Made by a program: the position numbers and the translations under genes. Below, piece after piece: positions 25,825 through 41,182 of a stretch of 64,000 nucleotides of DNA. A model generated the notes under the pieces. It was not told the origin of the DNA. It saw only the letters and a program-made list of their open reading frames with translations, and ran no database searches. The stretch is from the human T2T-CHM13v2.0 reference genome, Homo sapiens, in the NCBI RefSeq assembly GCF_009914755.1, contig NC_060926.1; one strand, 5' to 3'. Position 1 is the first letter of the stretch; each line of letters opens with the position of its first letter.

Positions 25825-28279
25825 TTACCAAACCAACCAATTCACCAATATAGGGGACTTAAATATACCAAGGACGATAATGTTTTGTGAACTAACAATA
25901 CAAATGGCTGAACTTTGTTTAAACCTTATGTATAAAAACAAAAGCAAGAGCCAAACCTCAGAAGAAATAGAGTACTAGCCTACCCACCACAAGATTTGTT
26001 TTCAGACTGCAATCATTTTGAAATATTTTTGAAGGAGCATACTATTTGAAAAAGGCAGAATATCTAAAAAGAACAAGAATCATTTATACACAGAGTGGGG
26101 AGTGAAAACTCTTGGCAAATGCAAATTACTCAACTGCTCAAAGTGGCTCAGACCCTCGTTGTCTACCAACAGATCAGACCTTTTGAAAAGCATAAAGAAA
26201 CCCTTAATTATCCCATGCACATATATGTTCATTCCTTCTGCCTTGATGTGACATCTAGGTCCATAAATTGGCTTTCTTTAGATATTAATTATTTGTAGGT
26301 TATATAGAGGGTTTGTAGGAGTCTGGAAAACTTAAACACTGGGGAATTAAAGTTACTGTCAGATGTATCTCAAAAGCCTTGGGAAGTTTTTTGCTCCAAG
26401 GTGACATGAAACTGTGACAGGAGCTGCATCTCAAGCTGTTTGTCCAGCCAGACCTGGAGATTTGGGAGGCTGGTACCTGCTTTTATTTATTCATATGGAG
26501 GGTTACTGAATACAGATGCCAATGCTGACTGTGAGTTAAAGAGAAGAGAGGATAAGAGCTTAGGCTTAACCTACAGGGGACCTGAGGAATAAAGAGCCCC
26601 AGAGTCCAGCGTGGAGAAGAGAGAAGAAAGGGGAGGAAGAAAAAAGACTGAGAGAGATCAGGCCTAATGAACCTTTCCTGAAGTCAATGGGAATGGGGAA
26701 GTGGTGCCTCAGAGAGCAAGACCATACCCAAACAAAGCAGGGATAAAGTGGATCAGCCACAGTGTCACCAAATTTATCAAGAGTTCAAAAACTAGCAAAT
26801 CAAAATCTGCAGGAAGAAGAAATTCTCGTGCAAAGCCATACACTATGTTATTATCAAGATGAAGATATGACAGTAAACATGCTACACACATATGTGAGAC
26901 CAAACAGGCATGCACGCACACACACACACATACACGTTTTTGATGCTCACTCAGAAAAATCTAAGGATAGATTGTATTATATGGAATAGTGATATTCTAT
27001 CTTTACGGAAAAGGGAATTTAGTTATGTAGTTTCTTTTTACTTCTATGACTGAAAAAGCTGAAAATGATGAAATGCTTTATACTATTATGAAGGAGTTAA
27101 CAATAAAACCAGCAGGTCATTGATACCTTTCTTTCCTGGAAAATGCTTGGGAATCAAGTTACAGAAAATGCGGGGCTTGGAAGTTACCTCAGGAGAACAG
27201 AAACTGAAGGAAACCTGGGCAATGTGAGTAAAATATCTCTGTATTTACTGTAAGTGTGAAGTAAATGGATGCGTTCACCAGGAGCCAGCTGAAACAACCT
27301 TACTTCCTGTGGCAATCTTGATTATTGGAAATTGCCAACATACCACAAGCAATTTTAATTAGAGGAAACGTATCTTCTTGTCATACTTCATTTGTAAGCA
27401 AATGCTTTTTTTAACGAATATAGCATTATGACTGAGTAAATTAACTCCTGGTTACATTTGTATTGTATAGTTAAAAAAAAAAATTGACCATTTGACTCCC
27501 CAGACACTTACTCTACAAAGCATGACTCATTGTGGAAATAAAATGTCTTTTCCTTTCTTTCTTTACTAAAAATCAACTTCCTTTCTTAATTGTTTCTCTA
27601 AGTCTTTATACCTGACTCAACATTGAGCAGGCCAAGAACGACACATTTTCTTTTACAAACTAGAATTAAAATATTCTCTTTTAGAAACCTCCTAATACCA
27701 AAAAGTGTGTTCCAAATACTCATACACAATGTTGCATCATTAATGTCGCGTGTAAATCTACTGCAGGACATGATAAAAGTAGCAGGCCCAGTCATGTAGA
27801 GGGGAAGGATGCTTTGGCTTGTTGTCGTAATGCATTTTAGCAATTTGCCAGGCCTCAGAACACTGGTTTACACTTTCTGTACCACAGCATTTTCCTCTAA
27901 ATTCCTATTTGATTTTTTTTTTTTTTGGTTTGCTCATTTTTATGAAGAACGTTCTAAAGTCACCTATACAGTCACCTATTTTTTTTACCACTGGTGTAAT
28001 AATGTTTACTGTTTTATTATGATATTCTAGGCCTCTGCTCACTTCTTAATTGATACTCTCACTGTGGTTATAGTAGCATGTTGTACAGTGCCAGGAGTCA
28101 ATATTAGCTGAGTAAGCGAGGAAATAAATGAAATGCATTTGATGCTATTCTGGGGACAACTAATAATCTTTACTAGCAAAAAAAAGTTAGAGCAATGATC
28201 TATCATATTAACTAGATTATTAAGGTTCTGACATGAAGGTGTTATTCATAAAATATAGTTGTAATTTTAGGGGAAGAGA

Positions 28280-28530
28280 GCAGTATGGAATGGTGGAAAA
28301 ACCACAGACCATAGAGTCATAAAAAGTCTGTTTAAATTCATGTTTAATTTCTATAACCTCTTGGGCAACTTACAGAACTTCTCTGAGCTTTAGGTTTTTC
28401 TCCTATAAAATAGGGATTAAAAAAATCTACCTTGCTGGGCTTTAATGAGAATTAGAAATAATATGTGGAAGATGCTTGGATGTTGAACATAGAAGCCACC
28501 AAATTAAGGATAGCTATTGTCATCACTATT
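28280..28530 (+). mobile_element. MIR
   Basis: gcagtatggaatggtggaaaa...ttgggcaacttac...ttctctgagctttagg...ctataaaatagggat...atgagaattagaaata. Confidence 0.75.
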
Positions 28531-30886
28531 TTTCTTAGCAAATTTTCAACAACTGATTTATTAATCTACCTTTCCATTTTTAAATTCAATTATTTCAGAT
28601 ATTATTTAGACATTTAAACAGTAGGTAGCTACAAAAGGATATTTGATATCCATTTTCCTAAGATCTAGGTATTCTTTTAGCCTCCAAAGTATAAAGGCCC
28701 TTATGATGAATACCAACCCCTATTCTTGACTACCTCTGCACTTTCACTGTGTGAATGCAATCTTTGTAAATGTTAATTATTATGAACTACAGCTAATGGA
28801 ATGATTACTTGTAAAAGGCATAAATGAATACTTGGGACTTGATTTAGTCATTATGCACTTCTCTTGCTACATGCAGATATGGATAGAAAGACTTTATTTT
28901 TAAAAGATGGAAGATGGAATAGTATCAAAACATAGAAATTGATTTTAGAAAGCCATTGGAACCCAGGGGTGTATGTAGAAAAAGGCATTGCCTGCGTTGT
29001 AGGTTATGATGTTCTGACACCTACAAGCATCTGACATAGCTGACTTTTTAAAAAGTGGTGCTTAAAAGAGTTGGTATGGAACATAAGTAGATAATGCAAA
29101 TATGTTAGCGACCCCTACCAACAGTTGCAATTATGCAAATTTTAAAACCTTCATCTTTTATAATTAGGTGTAGTGGACTTATGTAGTTAACTTCTCCACT
29201 GGCTAGCTCAGATTCTCTAATCTGTTGAACAGCTTTTCCCCTAAAAATAATGCACCTCAAATAGCCAAAAATATGCATTCTGCAAAAGAATGACAATATT
29301 TATGATGAAAAGGAAAGACATGACATCCTGAATAATTGTTAGTGACAAATTTCTTGTTTGTGATTTAAGAAATGTGCTTTTATAAAAACCGAGATTCTCT
29401 GACAATAATTAAGCATACTGTTGAATTGGTCATAGGAGGATGAAATTTTAATTAATATACTTAAATTCTGGAAATAAAAAAAATTTTGACTGAGTGCTAG
29501 AAGGGAAGAAGGCTGCCTATAGTAAAATTTATATAGAAACTAAAATTATCCTTATTAGGTAGATAATTTGCTTGTAGTTAATTACTTTTGAATACTTGAA
29601 TCTCATTATGCATAGTAGTGAGTATACAGAACTCAATATCATTATCAGCACATAACACAACTATGTGAAATACAGTTTTTAGTAGAGTTATACATATGTT
29701 ATATATATAAATTATACATACACTTGGAAAACTTTTGTTAAAATTTACATATAATTATAAATATATAAAATTATATATACATATGGCATATTAACCAAAT
29801 ACACTAAATCTTTTGTTTCATTACAATAGAGACTCCAGATGTCTGTTAGTATAGCTAAGTTTTGAATTAAAAAGTTATACTAATTTGAATAAGTTAAAAT
29901 CTGAGCGATTTGCTTTCATTTTAGTGACAGGCCTAGTGTATTGGTAAACTACACTCGAGATAGGTTACATATGCTATGTTAATTTTCTAATTAAATGTCA
30001 GGCTGTACTTAAGGACATAAAGGTTATTTAACAGGAGGAAAAGGAAAAATACAAAAAGCCAATTTTAGCTTATTTTCCCATAAATGAATCAGCCATCGAA
30101 ATAAGACAGGATAGGGAAAAACGGATACCATGATTTTCTAGAGAGAAAAAATATTCAATCCAAAGCATCCCAAGACATGTAGGGCTTAAGTAAAGTCTGG
30201 ATAGTAGCTTTAGAAATAGGGCTTGTATTTTATTATCTAAATATTCTTTCCTAAGCATTTTATCTACCAGCTTTCTAGGGACTAATGGAAGGTGATCCAA
30301 TTTGACTGGTGGAAACTGTAATCACCTGTTAGTTTAAATAATAAAGGCTTAGAGATAATAAAAGGACTTGAAATTTAGATATGATCAGTTTCTATTTCAA
30401 TGATTCTCAAAAAATTGAATTCACAATTTTTTTCATTAAAACATCCATCATTTCTACCCATTTAAAAATAGGTATAAAAATATATAAACTTCTCAATACA
30501 AATTAACTTCAGTGTTATATTAGAATGTGCACACCATAGTCATTACTATCTTTGATTACAATTACTTCAAAACATCATATTTTGTTTGGCTTTACCCTTA
30601 GATTCAGTACAGAATCCATCTCTTCCCCAATACCTCTTTTCATGGTATGAATACATTAACCACATTCTAGTAGGGAAACAGTGCATTAATTTGCAACAAA
30701 GTGAACAAAACAGTTAGGAAACAAGAATTATTTTAAATACTTTTTTCCTTCATATTTCAGTACTTCAGTTGACTAATTTTAAATTAGGACAAAATAACCC
30801 ATATTTCTTCTGCATGTCATTTGGCATGAGGAAGAAATATTAGGTTTTGAAATCAATGCAAAACACAAAACAGAAGAACTGGGTCA

Positions 30887-30905
30887 TCAACACAAGGTGG
30901 CACTG
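30887..30905 (+). promoter_or_regulatory. CTCF-like motif
   Basis: tcaaCACAAGGTGGCACTGT; the 3' part of the core (AGGTGGCAC) matches well and the 5' part is weaker. Confidence 0.35.
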
Positions 30906-33214
30906 TGGACCAGTCTCTTAGGAGGAAGTTTGTATTTAAGCATTTTCTCTCTTATTTCTCCAAGACTGATGATTTATATAATTCAGCCTTCCTAATTTTG
31001 CCTTTAGGTTTTTTGTTTTTGTTTTTTTTACAAATCTAGTAATGAGATGGGGAATGGAATTATTTTCTCAATTTAAAGAAAAATGCAAATTTTGAGCTCA
31101 CAATGGGTATTTTTATATAATTAGTTATAATAAAACCCCTAGGTACTGTACTGTATTGACAACTGAATACATATATGGTTACCACTTTTCTCCAAGAGGG
31201 ACAACTTGCTGTTTTCTTTCATCATATCATGAAAAGGCTCCTCTCCTCTACTGACAGCTATCTCCCTATCATGATTTGCCTAGGATCTGATTTCTTGCTG
31301 CTTTAGTTTCTCATACACACTATTATAAGAATCTTTTTACTTATAGCCCATTTTCATGTTGCCATTATTTTGATCAAGTATTTTCTTTCAATCAGGTATC
31401 TTCAGTGGACATCTTTTTAAGCATTAGTTTAAATGTAAATTCTTACAATACTTAACTCCAACCCTATCTTAATTTCAAGGCACTGGTGTGCATGCACTCA
31501 TGTGCACACATACAACACGCAGCTACTATTTCTCATTTGTCTACCCAGGCAAGTCCCATTATCTGTTCTTTAAAAATATTATGAGAATTCCTGTCAGTTA
31601 TAAGGCCCTTTTCCTAACACTTACTATGTCATTCCCCCAACCCAGGCCATTGTTCACTGGTGTCAATCAGCTTCTTTAAATTTCTCCACAAGGCCCAGCT
31701 TTTTGAATAAGACTAAACCCATATTCCACCAGCATATGAGCCTACATTTTGTGGCACATGTATAAAAACTACACTTACATGATGAAATAATCAGAAAATA
31801 TTTAATGATAGACTATTACTTACAAGGCATGATCTCCAATTAATGCAGCCTCTTCTTCTTCTCTCAGGAATATTTTGTGTTTTCCAATCATATCAAGCAT
31901 GTGGTGTAATACATATATTTAGCACTTGACACAAGTTCAGGGAATAAATGCATAAGCCCAATTTTCCAATAGCATAAGACTATTAATACTGACACACATG
32001 CCACACACACACAAACGTAAACGTATATGATATATATGCAAAAATTTGTTAAAATAATGAAATACTTATAAACTGACACAAATGAAAGTACACATATATT
32101 ATGCAAGTTTTAAAGGTAAATATGTTTAAAGGCAGAGCATAAGAGTCAATATTGTCATTTAACAGTACTCAACAAAATGCAGAATTAGATACAGATCTAG
32201 TGGAATGAGCCTCCTGATTTCATTTCTGCTGTTCAAACGATGAGGACAGCAACTACAGATAATAGTTCAACTAGTAAATGCAGAATATTTAAGATAATAC
32301 ACACTCAAATTTATATAAAAAACTGCATAATTAGCACATATACACCTGAAAAGTTTTGGATGTAACCTTTTAATATTATAGATTCAAAAGTCAGATGTCC
32401 ATGTACAGTGTTTCTTTCAAAAATTTAATTATTGAATTACAGAAAATTATATTTTAAGATAGGAACATTTTCCACTCTCATATTCCATGAAATAATTTTA
32501 TTTAAATACTTAGCAGGCATCATTGAGACCGGTTTCTTTTTTATCAATTGAGTCATATCTTTGTCATGTAGAAAGATTTCCCAGGAAGATTTACCTTGAC
32601 TTTTTGATATATTATACGACAGTTTTTGAATCAATATATGATACTGTCACTGGAACTTTTGTCCCAAGTTACAAGTACCCATTTTCATAACACTAGGAGA
32701 GTTTCAGATTTTGTTGTTGTAGTAGATGTTATTTTTGCCTGTTTGTTTTTTCAGTAATGTATCTTAATAATCTATGATCTCCACAATGTAATCAGTCACT
32801 ATCTTGCTTTATAAAGTGATCTATAATCTATTAATAACATAACCAGCAGGTTTTAGTTCAGGTATAAAGAGTTAACCTGTATTTGACTCATTTAAAAAAA
32901 TTATATAGATTATAGGTAACTTCTAATAATTCGAAACTAACATTGGTGACAATTATTTCTGGCTTGTTCGCCTTCTCCAAACAGACTTTGCGAGAACTCA
33001 ATTATAAGATGTGTTTCTCTCTTCTTAGGGAAAATTTTTGGGAAAAACTACATTCCAAAAGGAACTGCATGCAGTTCATGTTGGCTGAAATTGAAGTTCA
33101 GTTGAATATTAGATAGATGTCACATAGATAGATAGTATATATAGCAGATATGCTATTTATTTGCAGCAACCTGAAAATATGAAAATAGGTGGGGCTATAT
33201 ATGTAAACAAAGAA

Positions 33215-33460
33215 GTTGAGCTACTAATATAATAGTGATTCCATGCACTTACTCTGGAATCAGCCAGCCTGGGTTTGAATCCCACCTCTACTATTTACTG
33301 CTATGTGATCTTGAGCAAATTGTTACTTGCTGTGAGCCTCAGGAGTAATATTAATGTTTCTTTGATAGAGTGATTTTAAAGGTCATATAAGCTGATTTTG
33401 CAAAACATCTAGCTATTGGCTAATGCCTGGTTCATACTGAGTGCTGCAAAAGTGTGTTTT
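33215..33460 (+). mobile_element. MIR
   Basis: actctggaatcagccagcctgggtttgaatcccacctctactatttactgctatgtgatcttgagcaa. Confidence 0.85.
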
Positions 33461-34518
33461 AAAACAAACAAACGACAACAACAAAACGCAAAACGAAGAA
33501 ACAGACAATGCAATAATCTTTTATTTGTACATGTGTTTTTCTGTTTCTTTTTTTTTCTTAATTCTGTGTAGTAGAGAAGATGTCTAACTGTGGAGACTGT
33601 TAAAGAATGATCTTCCTTACTTTTATATGCACTGTATTATTGCTTCGTGTATTTTAGATCTTGCTCTCTTTTCATGTATTAATTTCTAAAACTTTTACCT
33701 TTTTTAGTCACCTGGCCATTTTCCTAATGTAGCTTTATATTCAGTTTGCTGTTTGGGGTATTTTATCTTTTTCTGTTTGTCAACTTAAAGTAGTTAGTTT
33801 CTCACATTAAATTCTAACATGTAGCTTAATTGAAAAAGGCACATCAACCTGGCATGTTATGAACTATTTAACAATTTAGTAAATATTAATTTAAATATTT
33901 TTAAATTGAATGAATGCATAATTCTGAGTCTGTTTAACTTAAATAATCATTAACTTAGAATATTTTAAAATTCTGCTTAAATTCATTTTAAGGCTATTTT
34001 TAAATTTTTTGGAAAAATGTTAAACTTTATTTTACTTAAATAATGTAATAATAAGACTTTTATTTTATAGTGTTCATACTAATTATCTATTGCTATATTA
34101 TAAATTATCACAAACTTGGAAGCTTGAAAAAACACCTATTTGTTAGCTTATGGTTCTTTTCTTGTTAGGAAATCTTAGTTTGTCTATTTGGGTTTTACAA
34201 ATGTGATGTTATGGGATACATATAAATAGTAAAATGGTTATTATAGTGAAGCAAACATATCTGTCATCTCACATAGTTATCTTTTTTGTATTAAGAGCAG
34301 CTAAAATCTACTTATTTAACAAAAATCCCTAATACAATACTTTAGACCTTGTGTTGCACATTAGATTTGCAAACTTGTTCATTGTACATACCTTCCTTTT
34401 GTTATTCTTTACCCAACATTTTACCCAACATTTTCCCATTTCTTCTCCTCCCACTCCATGGTAACCACTGTTTCATTCTCTCCATGTAAATGGTCTTTAA
34501 AAAAATATACATTTTCTA

Positions 34519-34915
<397 letters not shown>

Positions 34916-35289
34916 TCACTTACCATAATGTCTTCCAGGCCCATCTGTGTTTGTGACAGACAGCAGGATCTCCCTTTTTTTAAGGTTGCATAATATTCCA
35001 TTGTATATGTATACACCACATTTTCTTTATCCATTCCTACATCAATGGACACATGGCTGTTGTGAATAATGTTGCACTGAACATGGGAGTGCAGATGTCT
35101 TTATGAGGTGATGATTTTATATCCGTTGGGCATATACCCAAAGACAACTTGATGGATTGTATGGTAGTTCTACTTCTAATTTCTTTAGGAAACTCCAGAC
35201 TAGCTATACCAATACGCATTCCCACAACGGTGTGCTTGGGTTCCCTTATCTCCACACACTTGCCAACATTTGTTTCCTTTTGTCTTTTT

Positions 35290-35448
35290 CTATATTTTTT
35301 AAGTTGGAGGTCTCACTCTTTCACCCGGGCTGGAGTACAGTGGCTTTATCATATCTCATTTCAGCCTGAATTCCTTTGCTCAAGAGATCCTCTTGCCTCA
35401 ATCTCTTGAGTTGTTTGGACCACAAGCGTGAGCTATCGTGTACAGCCT
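35290..35448 (-). mobile_element. Alu monomer (FAM/FRAM-like)
   Basis: ggtctcactctttcacccgggctggagtacagtggct...gctcaagagatcctcttgcctca, flanked by ttgtcttttt on both sides. Confidence 0.8.
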
Positions 35449-38184
35449 TACTTGTCTTTTTGATAATAGCCAAAGATATTTCATAGCGGTTTTCATTTGC
35501 GTTTCTCTGATGATTAGTGATATTGAGCACCTTTCCATATACCTGTTGATCATATATATATATATTTTGGAGAAATATCTGTTCGGATTCTTTGCCCGTT
35601 TTTTAATCAGGTTATTTATTTTTCTGCTATTGAATTGTAATTGTTCTTTATGAATTTTGGATATTAACCCCTTATCCGATATGTGGATTGCAAGTAGTTT
35701 TCCCAGTTGTAGATTGCTTTTTCATTTTGTTGTTTCTTTTGCTTGTGGAAGCTTTTTAGTTTGATGCAGTCCCATTTACTTATTTTCACTTATGTCGTAT
35801 GGGCTTTTGGTGTGAAATTTTAAAAAAATCATGCCAAAGCCAAGGTTCAGCTTTTTTCCTATGTTCTTTTCTAGGAATTTCATGGTTTCAGGTCTTAATT
35901 TAGGTATTTTATCCATTTCAAGTTGATTTTTGTGTATGGTGTAAGATGAGGGTTTCATTTTATCCTTTTGCTTGTGGAAATCCAGTTTTCCCAGCACCAT
36001 TTATGAAATAAACTGTTTTTCCCCTATTATTTCCTGTTGGTATCCTTGTTGAAAATTAGTTGACCATATATGTTTGGACTTATTTCTGGGCTCTTTATTT
36101 TGTTCCATAGGTCTATGTTTCTGTTTAATGCCAGTACCATACTGTTTTGGTTATCATAGTATTGAAATATAATTTTAAATCAAGAAGTGTGATGCCTTCA
36201 CCTTTGTTCTTTCTCGGTATTGTTTTAGCTATTCTATATATTTTTTTTAATTTTTGTGGTTTCAGGTGAATTTTCTTTTTTTTTCTATTTCTGTAAAGAA
36301 TGCCATGGGAATTTTGATAGGGATTGTGTTAAATCTGCATATTGCTTTGAGTAGTATGGACATTTTAACAATATTAATTCTTCCTACTCATCAACTCAGA
36401 ATATATTTCCATCTGTTTGTGTCTTCTTCAATGTTTTCCATTAATGTTTTACAGTTTTTAGTGTACAAATATTTCATCTCTTTAGTTAAATTTATTCTGA
36501 GGTGATTTTTGATGCTATGGTAAATGTGATTGTTTTTCTGAATTCTTTATCAGCTAGATCATTTGTGCCTAGAAATGCTACTGATTTTTTAGGGTAATTT
36601 CAAGTGCAACATTTTTCTGTTAATTTTCAAGGGTGCTTTTAATGTAAAAATAATTTTACTTTTTTATGTTTAAGCCAAATTTTAGATACTTTTGAAAAAT
36701 ATAATTTATTGTGACATGAAATTCCTATTGAGAATTCTTGATGCTCTGGTACAGTCTAAAACTCACCAAATTTATTTTTAAAATATTTAAAATGGGAAAA
36801 CAGGTTTGAGCTGAAGAAAAAAAAATTATTTAGAGCCATAACTGTGGTTCAATGTATCCTTGTTAATATAACTTTGGCATATGGAAAATGAATAATGTTC
36901 CTTTTTTATGTAGCAAAAACTTGTTTTTTGTCTGTGTTATAATCACTGCTATCCTTTTCAAACAAACAACTAATCAGGACAATATGTACTTCAAATGCTC
37001 AGATAAATCAGATTACCTTTGCTTAGTTCCATTTTGATCTAACATTCTTACTACTAGCTCTTCCAAAGCACTCCACAATAAAGCTCTGTCTCTGCTGTTT
37101 CTAATTGGTCCTTTGTTTATAGTGTTGTCTGGATTCCACATATTGGAAAAAAAAAACAACAACAATGGCACTTTAGGCTTATTATTTGCCAATAAACAAA
37201 CCTGTCAAACAACAGTGACATTCTCCTCTGACATGCTTAGATTCAAGTTGTTTGATATGGTTTACAATAAAGTAACTAAATAATAATCTTGGATTATATT
37301 TGTAAATGGGCTTTAAAGTGACAGGAACATTCAATAAATGAAACCAATGAATCTGTGATCCAGTCTTCCAGTTCTTCTTGAGGCAACTCAAAGTGTTTAC
37401 TTTGTCTGTCATTACTTAGGTGCTAAGAATTTTCTTTTATTCCACCCTTTTGTTACAGGGGAAGTAGCCAGACCGCTAGAGCAATAGAATTGCATCAGAA
37501 CAATAGAGTGCCCTCACCTGAGGTCAATCCCAAGATACTGAGGTACTTAGTGGTTCATACCTATGAAGTTGCTGAAAGGGAGCAAGAGTGTGTCCTGAGT
37601 CCTGATAATGCAGCTAACTGATTGGCTACCTTTATTACTTTGGCCTGTCTTTCTAGGCCCTCTCCTCAGATGGGCCAATTTACCCACAGGGATGAGTAGA
37701 TGTCTAGCTAACAACTGTTCTTGTATCTAACTCAGTCATAATTAAACCCTTAATGGCAATCATGAAAATCTCCTTATCATTGGTTTGGTAATTGCAGACA
37801 CAGAGAATAACAGCTTAACTGTAATTGTAGGCCTTGTTGCCAACTGAATATTGAAATGTGTTAGTATTGTGATTACTTAATGTCCCAATGTGGCTTGTAG
37901 CCAATGCTTAAAGTGCACTCTAGAAAACTATAACAAAAAGCATAAACAAAGCTTAATTCTCTAATAGCATCTTAATTCTGCTTATATTGAGACTATATAA
38001 GCTTTGCCATTCTGAAATGAAACCATGGTGTAGGGTAGCTCCCTATATAAACTAAATTTGAAATAAGGAGCATGTTATTAGGGCCACCTATCTGAAAATG
38101 AAATCAACTGGTTACATATTCGCCTCTTTCCTTTTGCAAGTAACTTTCATTATAGTCTCTTTTCTTTTTAACTTGTTAAGAGGT

Positions 38185-38642
38185 GTGTCAGTTAACTGTT
38201 TTTGCTCAGGAAAACATCCCAAAATTCAGTGGCCTAAAACAGCCCATCATTTATTCTTGTCCATGAATCTGCCAGTTGGCTGGGGTTTGGATGAGCCAGG
38301 CTAGGCTCAGCTAGGCTTGGATCGTCTTGGCTCCAAGAAGTGGGTTGAGTTGAACTCTGCACCACATGTCTGTCATCCTGCTTGGAGTGTTGCTTTACTG
38401 GGGGCACGTTCTTCTCATGAAGAATGTAGAAGTGCATTCAACCATAAAAACACAATTCAAGCCTTTGCTAATATCATATCTACTTAAATTCATTAGCCAA
38501 AGTAAGTCACATAGCTGAGCCCTGAGTCAAGGAGTGGAAATACATACTCTACCTTTTAGTTGAAGGAACTGCAATTACCTGGGAAAAGAATGTGGATTCA
38601 GGGATGGGTAAAGAATTAGAACCAGGAACTCTCTACTGCACA
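38185..38642 (-). mobile_element. MLT1K-like MaLR solo LTR
   Basis: cccaaaattcagtggcctaaaaca...catttattctt...cattagccaaagtaagtcacatagctgagccc...ggaactgcaa...gaattagaacca. Confidence 0.75.
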
Positions 38643-39307
38643 GGTTAGATAAATGGTTTTCAAATTACATTCATGTAGCTCAGGAGTTTTTTTAAAAAGC
38701 TTCCTCTGTAGGCAGAGTTACCAGATTCTTACCCAGCCATAAACCAGAGAATTTATGTGTTCTTCTCTTTTATAGATTCTCAATTTTCCACGGACTGACT
38801 CTCCATTTCTCAGGTTCACTGTGGTAAAAATAATACATTTATTTTAAAATATATTTTTAAAAGAATAAACTTTTTTTAAAAATAGCAAAATATAAATTAT
38901 TATGACTCAGCATCTATATGTAAGAATGTATGCATTGTTTGGAATTACATAATTACCAGTAATTGCTACGTAGTGTCTATACACAACCACCTCTCCCCAT
39001 GACCAAATATATAAGTAGTTCTGAGGAATTGTATCACCTCCTTCTTCCAACAGTTCACTTTGAGAATGGAGTAAGAGTCATACTACAGGGAAGGCAGAGG
39101 AGGACTCGAGTTTCTCCTGATGCCAGGGCTGTAATACCTGACCAACTAGGTGTAGAAGGAAGTTATAGGAAAGTACAGAGATGAAAAGGTATCACTGCTC
39201 TATTCTTTTCTGTTCTAACACTGTAGTGGAAGTGAGTTACATTAAGAGACGGCTCATAATAAAAGTTTTTAGCAAACACTTAATATTTGTGCTTTTTTGT
39301 CAGGCAA

Positions 39308-41182
39308 TTTGTAGGATTATAGCAGAACTGTACAGTAGTTTTCCTCTTCTTTCTGGTAACACTGGAATACACTCTCCAGCCTCTCTGCAACTGGTGCAGT
39401 AGTGTGATGGATTCCTTATTAACAGATTGTGAGCAGAGCTTATATGTCTCACTTTTGGGCCAAGGCCTCAAAAATGTGCATGTTTTCAACACACTCTCGC
39501 TTTCCCCATTCAGTCGCTTAATGCAGAGCAGAATAAAGCCCTAGAAAATGGTTGAACTACGTGAGAGAAAAGGTTTATTTCTATGACATAAAGCTCCACT
39601 GCCAACCATAGTGAATTTCGATGTTTGAAAAATAAATATTTATGGATTTTAGATACTGAGAAGCTAGAGTTTTCTTATAGCCATTAAGATCTACTGACCA
39701 AAGGAGAAAATTATGCCAAGAGTGAGATAATAATGTAAAATACCCAAGATATTCAGTAATAAGCTTAGTGACTGGGCTATGTTTAGTGCAAAACCAATTA
39801 ATATTGGAAGCTGGTAGGGCTGAAGAACCTTGATACTATTTGGCAAAACATTTGGTAAAATTGCTGACTACCTTGAAAGGCAGAGCTTGTGCCTTTGAGC
39901 AGGTTGCTCTAAAAAAGTCGGAAAGAATGACTAGTGTGTGTTAGAGGACTATTGGTAACTTTGGAAAGGAATTAAATGAAATAGATGGGCTATACAAATA
40001 ATTAATAGGTTTACAAACATATAGAACTGAGCTGAGAGAGACCAGAAGTTCTGGAACTTGCTACCAAACATCAATTCATAAAAAATAGCATTGAAAAGAC
40101 AGAGCAATGAAGACTTAAAGACAAGTCTCAGTTGTAGGCAGTGACTCAGCCATGTGGCAAAGATCAGGATTTGGTTCTAGATGGCCTAAAGTTAGCACAA
40201 TTAATTCAAGGCAGAGAAGCGAGGGGGAAAAAAAAGCAAGAAATAAACAAGGCTTAAGAATTGTCTAGGAAGGAATATGGTTACGGCACATGGATTTGAT
40301 TAGAAGCAAATGAATTCCATACCTACTATGCTTTTGTCAAAACCCTCAAAGAAACCATGAGGCCAGGCTAAACGGAACCTTTGGTTGTTCAAGCTGTGAA
40401 ACATATTTTGGGCCCCCAAGCTTACTCCATAAGAAGCAGCGTGCAAAAACTGCACAGCCTTCAAGGAAGACACACACCTCAGTGCCCACCTCAGGTGTGG
40501 TCGTGGAGAATAATTGACAAATAATTAATTCCCAGAGGTCAGAGAGAGGGGACACCAAAAGCAATGGGCAAGTGAGTCTCTTCCAGAGAACAGCATCAGA
40601 GCAAGCACTCACTTCTCAATGCCAGGGTAAGTGGCCTGCAGAATGCACACCTATTAGATGTGAGAGGATCAAGAAACTTGCCTTTTTCATTCATAGGTTC
40701 CAAACAATGAAGAGCCCAATCTGGAGTTATGGAGAGTACGGTCCATCATATGCATAACATAGGTTTAACATAGGATGCAGTGATTGGATTGCATGTTCTT
40801 TCTTGGGGAGAGGGGTTTGTGTGTTCTGAATGTTAAGAAAATAAAAGAGATAATATTTCACAGCTAGAATGGCTGACTGGGGCATAAATGGTTAGTGCTT
40901 ATCACTAAGTGTGTTCTCTGCTTCATAAGTACATCACTAGATTATGTTTCTCAGATTCCTTTACAGTTATGAAGAACTACACAACTAAGGAAAGTGAGGA
41001 GAAGTGATATGTCACCTCTAGATTTAGGTGGTTAAGAGTGATTGTGCCTTTTCCCTCATTCTTTTTCTCATTCATACTATTAAATGCAGAAAAAATAAAT
41101 GAGATCTCAAGAGATGTTGGATCTATAGATGTTTTGTTACAGCCTGGAATGTTTTGTTACAGCAGTTTTCACATCTTACATA
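39308..41182 (+). mobile_element. MLT1J-like MaLR element, LTR (~39308-39702), internal region, LTR (~40878-41182)
   Basis: Both ends carry MLT1J-like motifs (ctccagcctctctgca / ttctcagattcctttacagtta; agcagagcttatatgtctcactt / agaagtgatatgtcacctct). The middle resembles MLT1-int (tggcaaaacatttggtaaaattg...ggcagagcttgtgcct). Confidence 0.65.
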
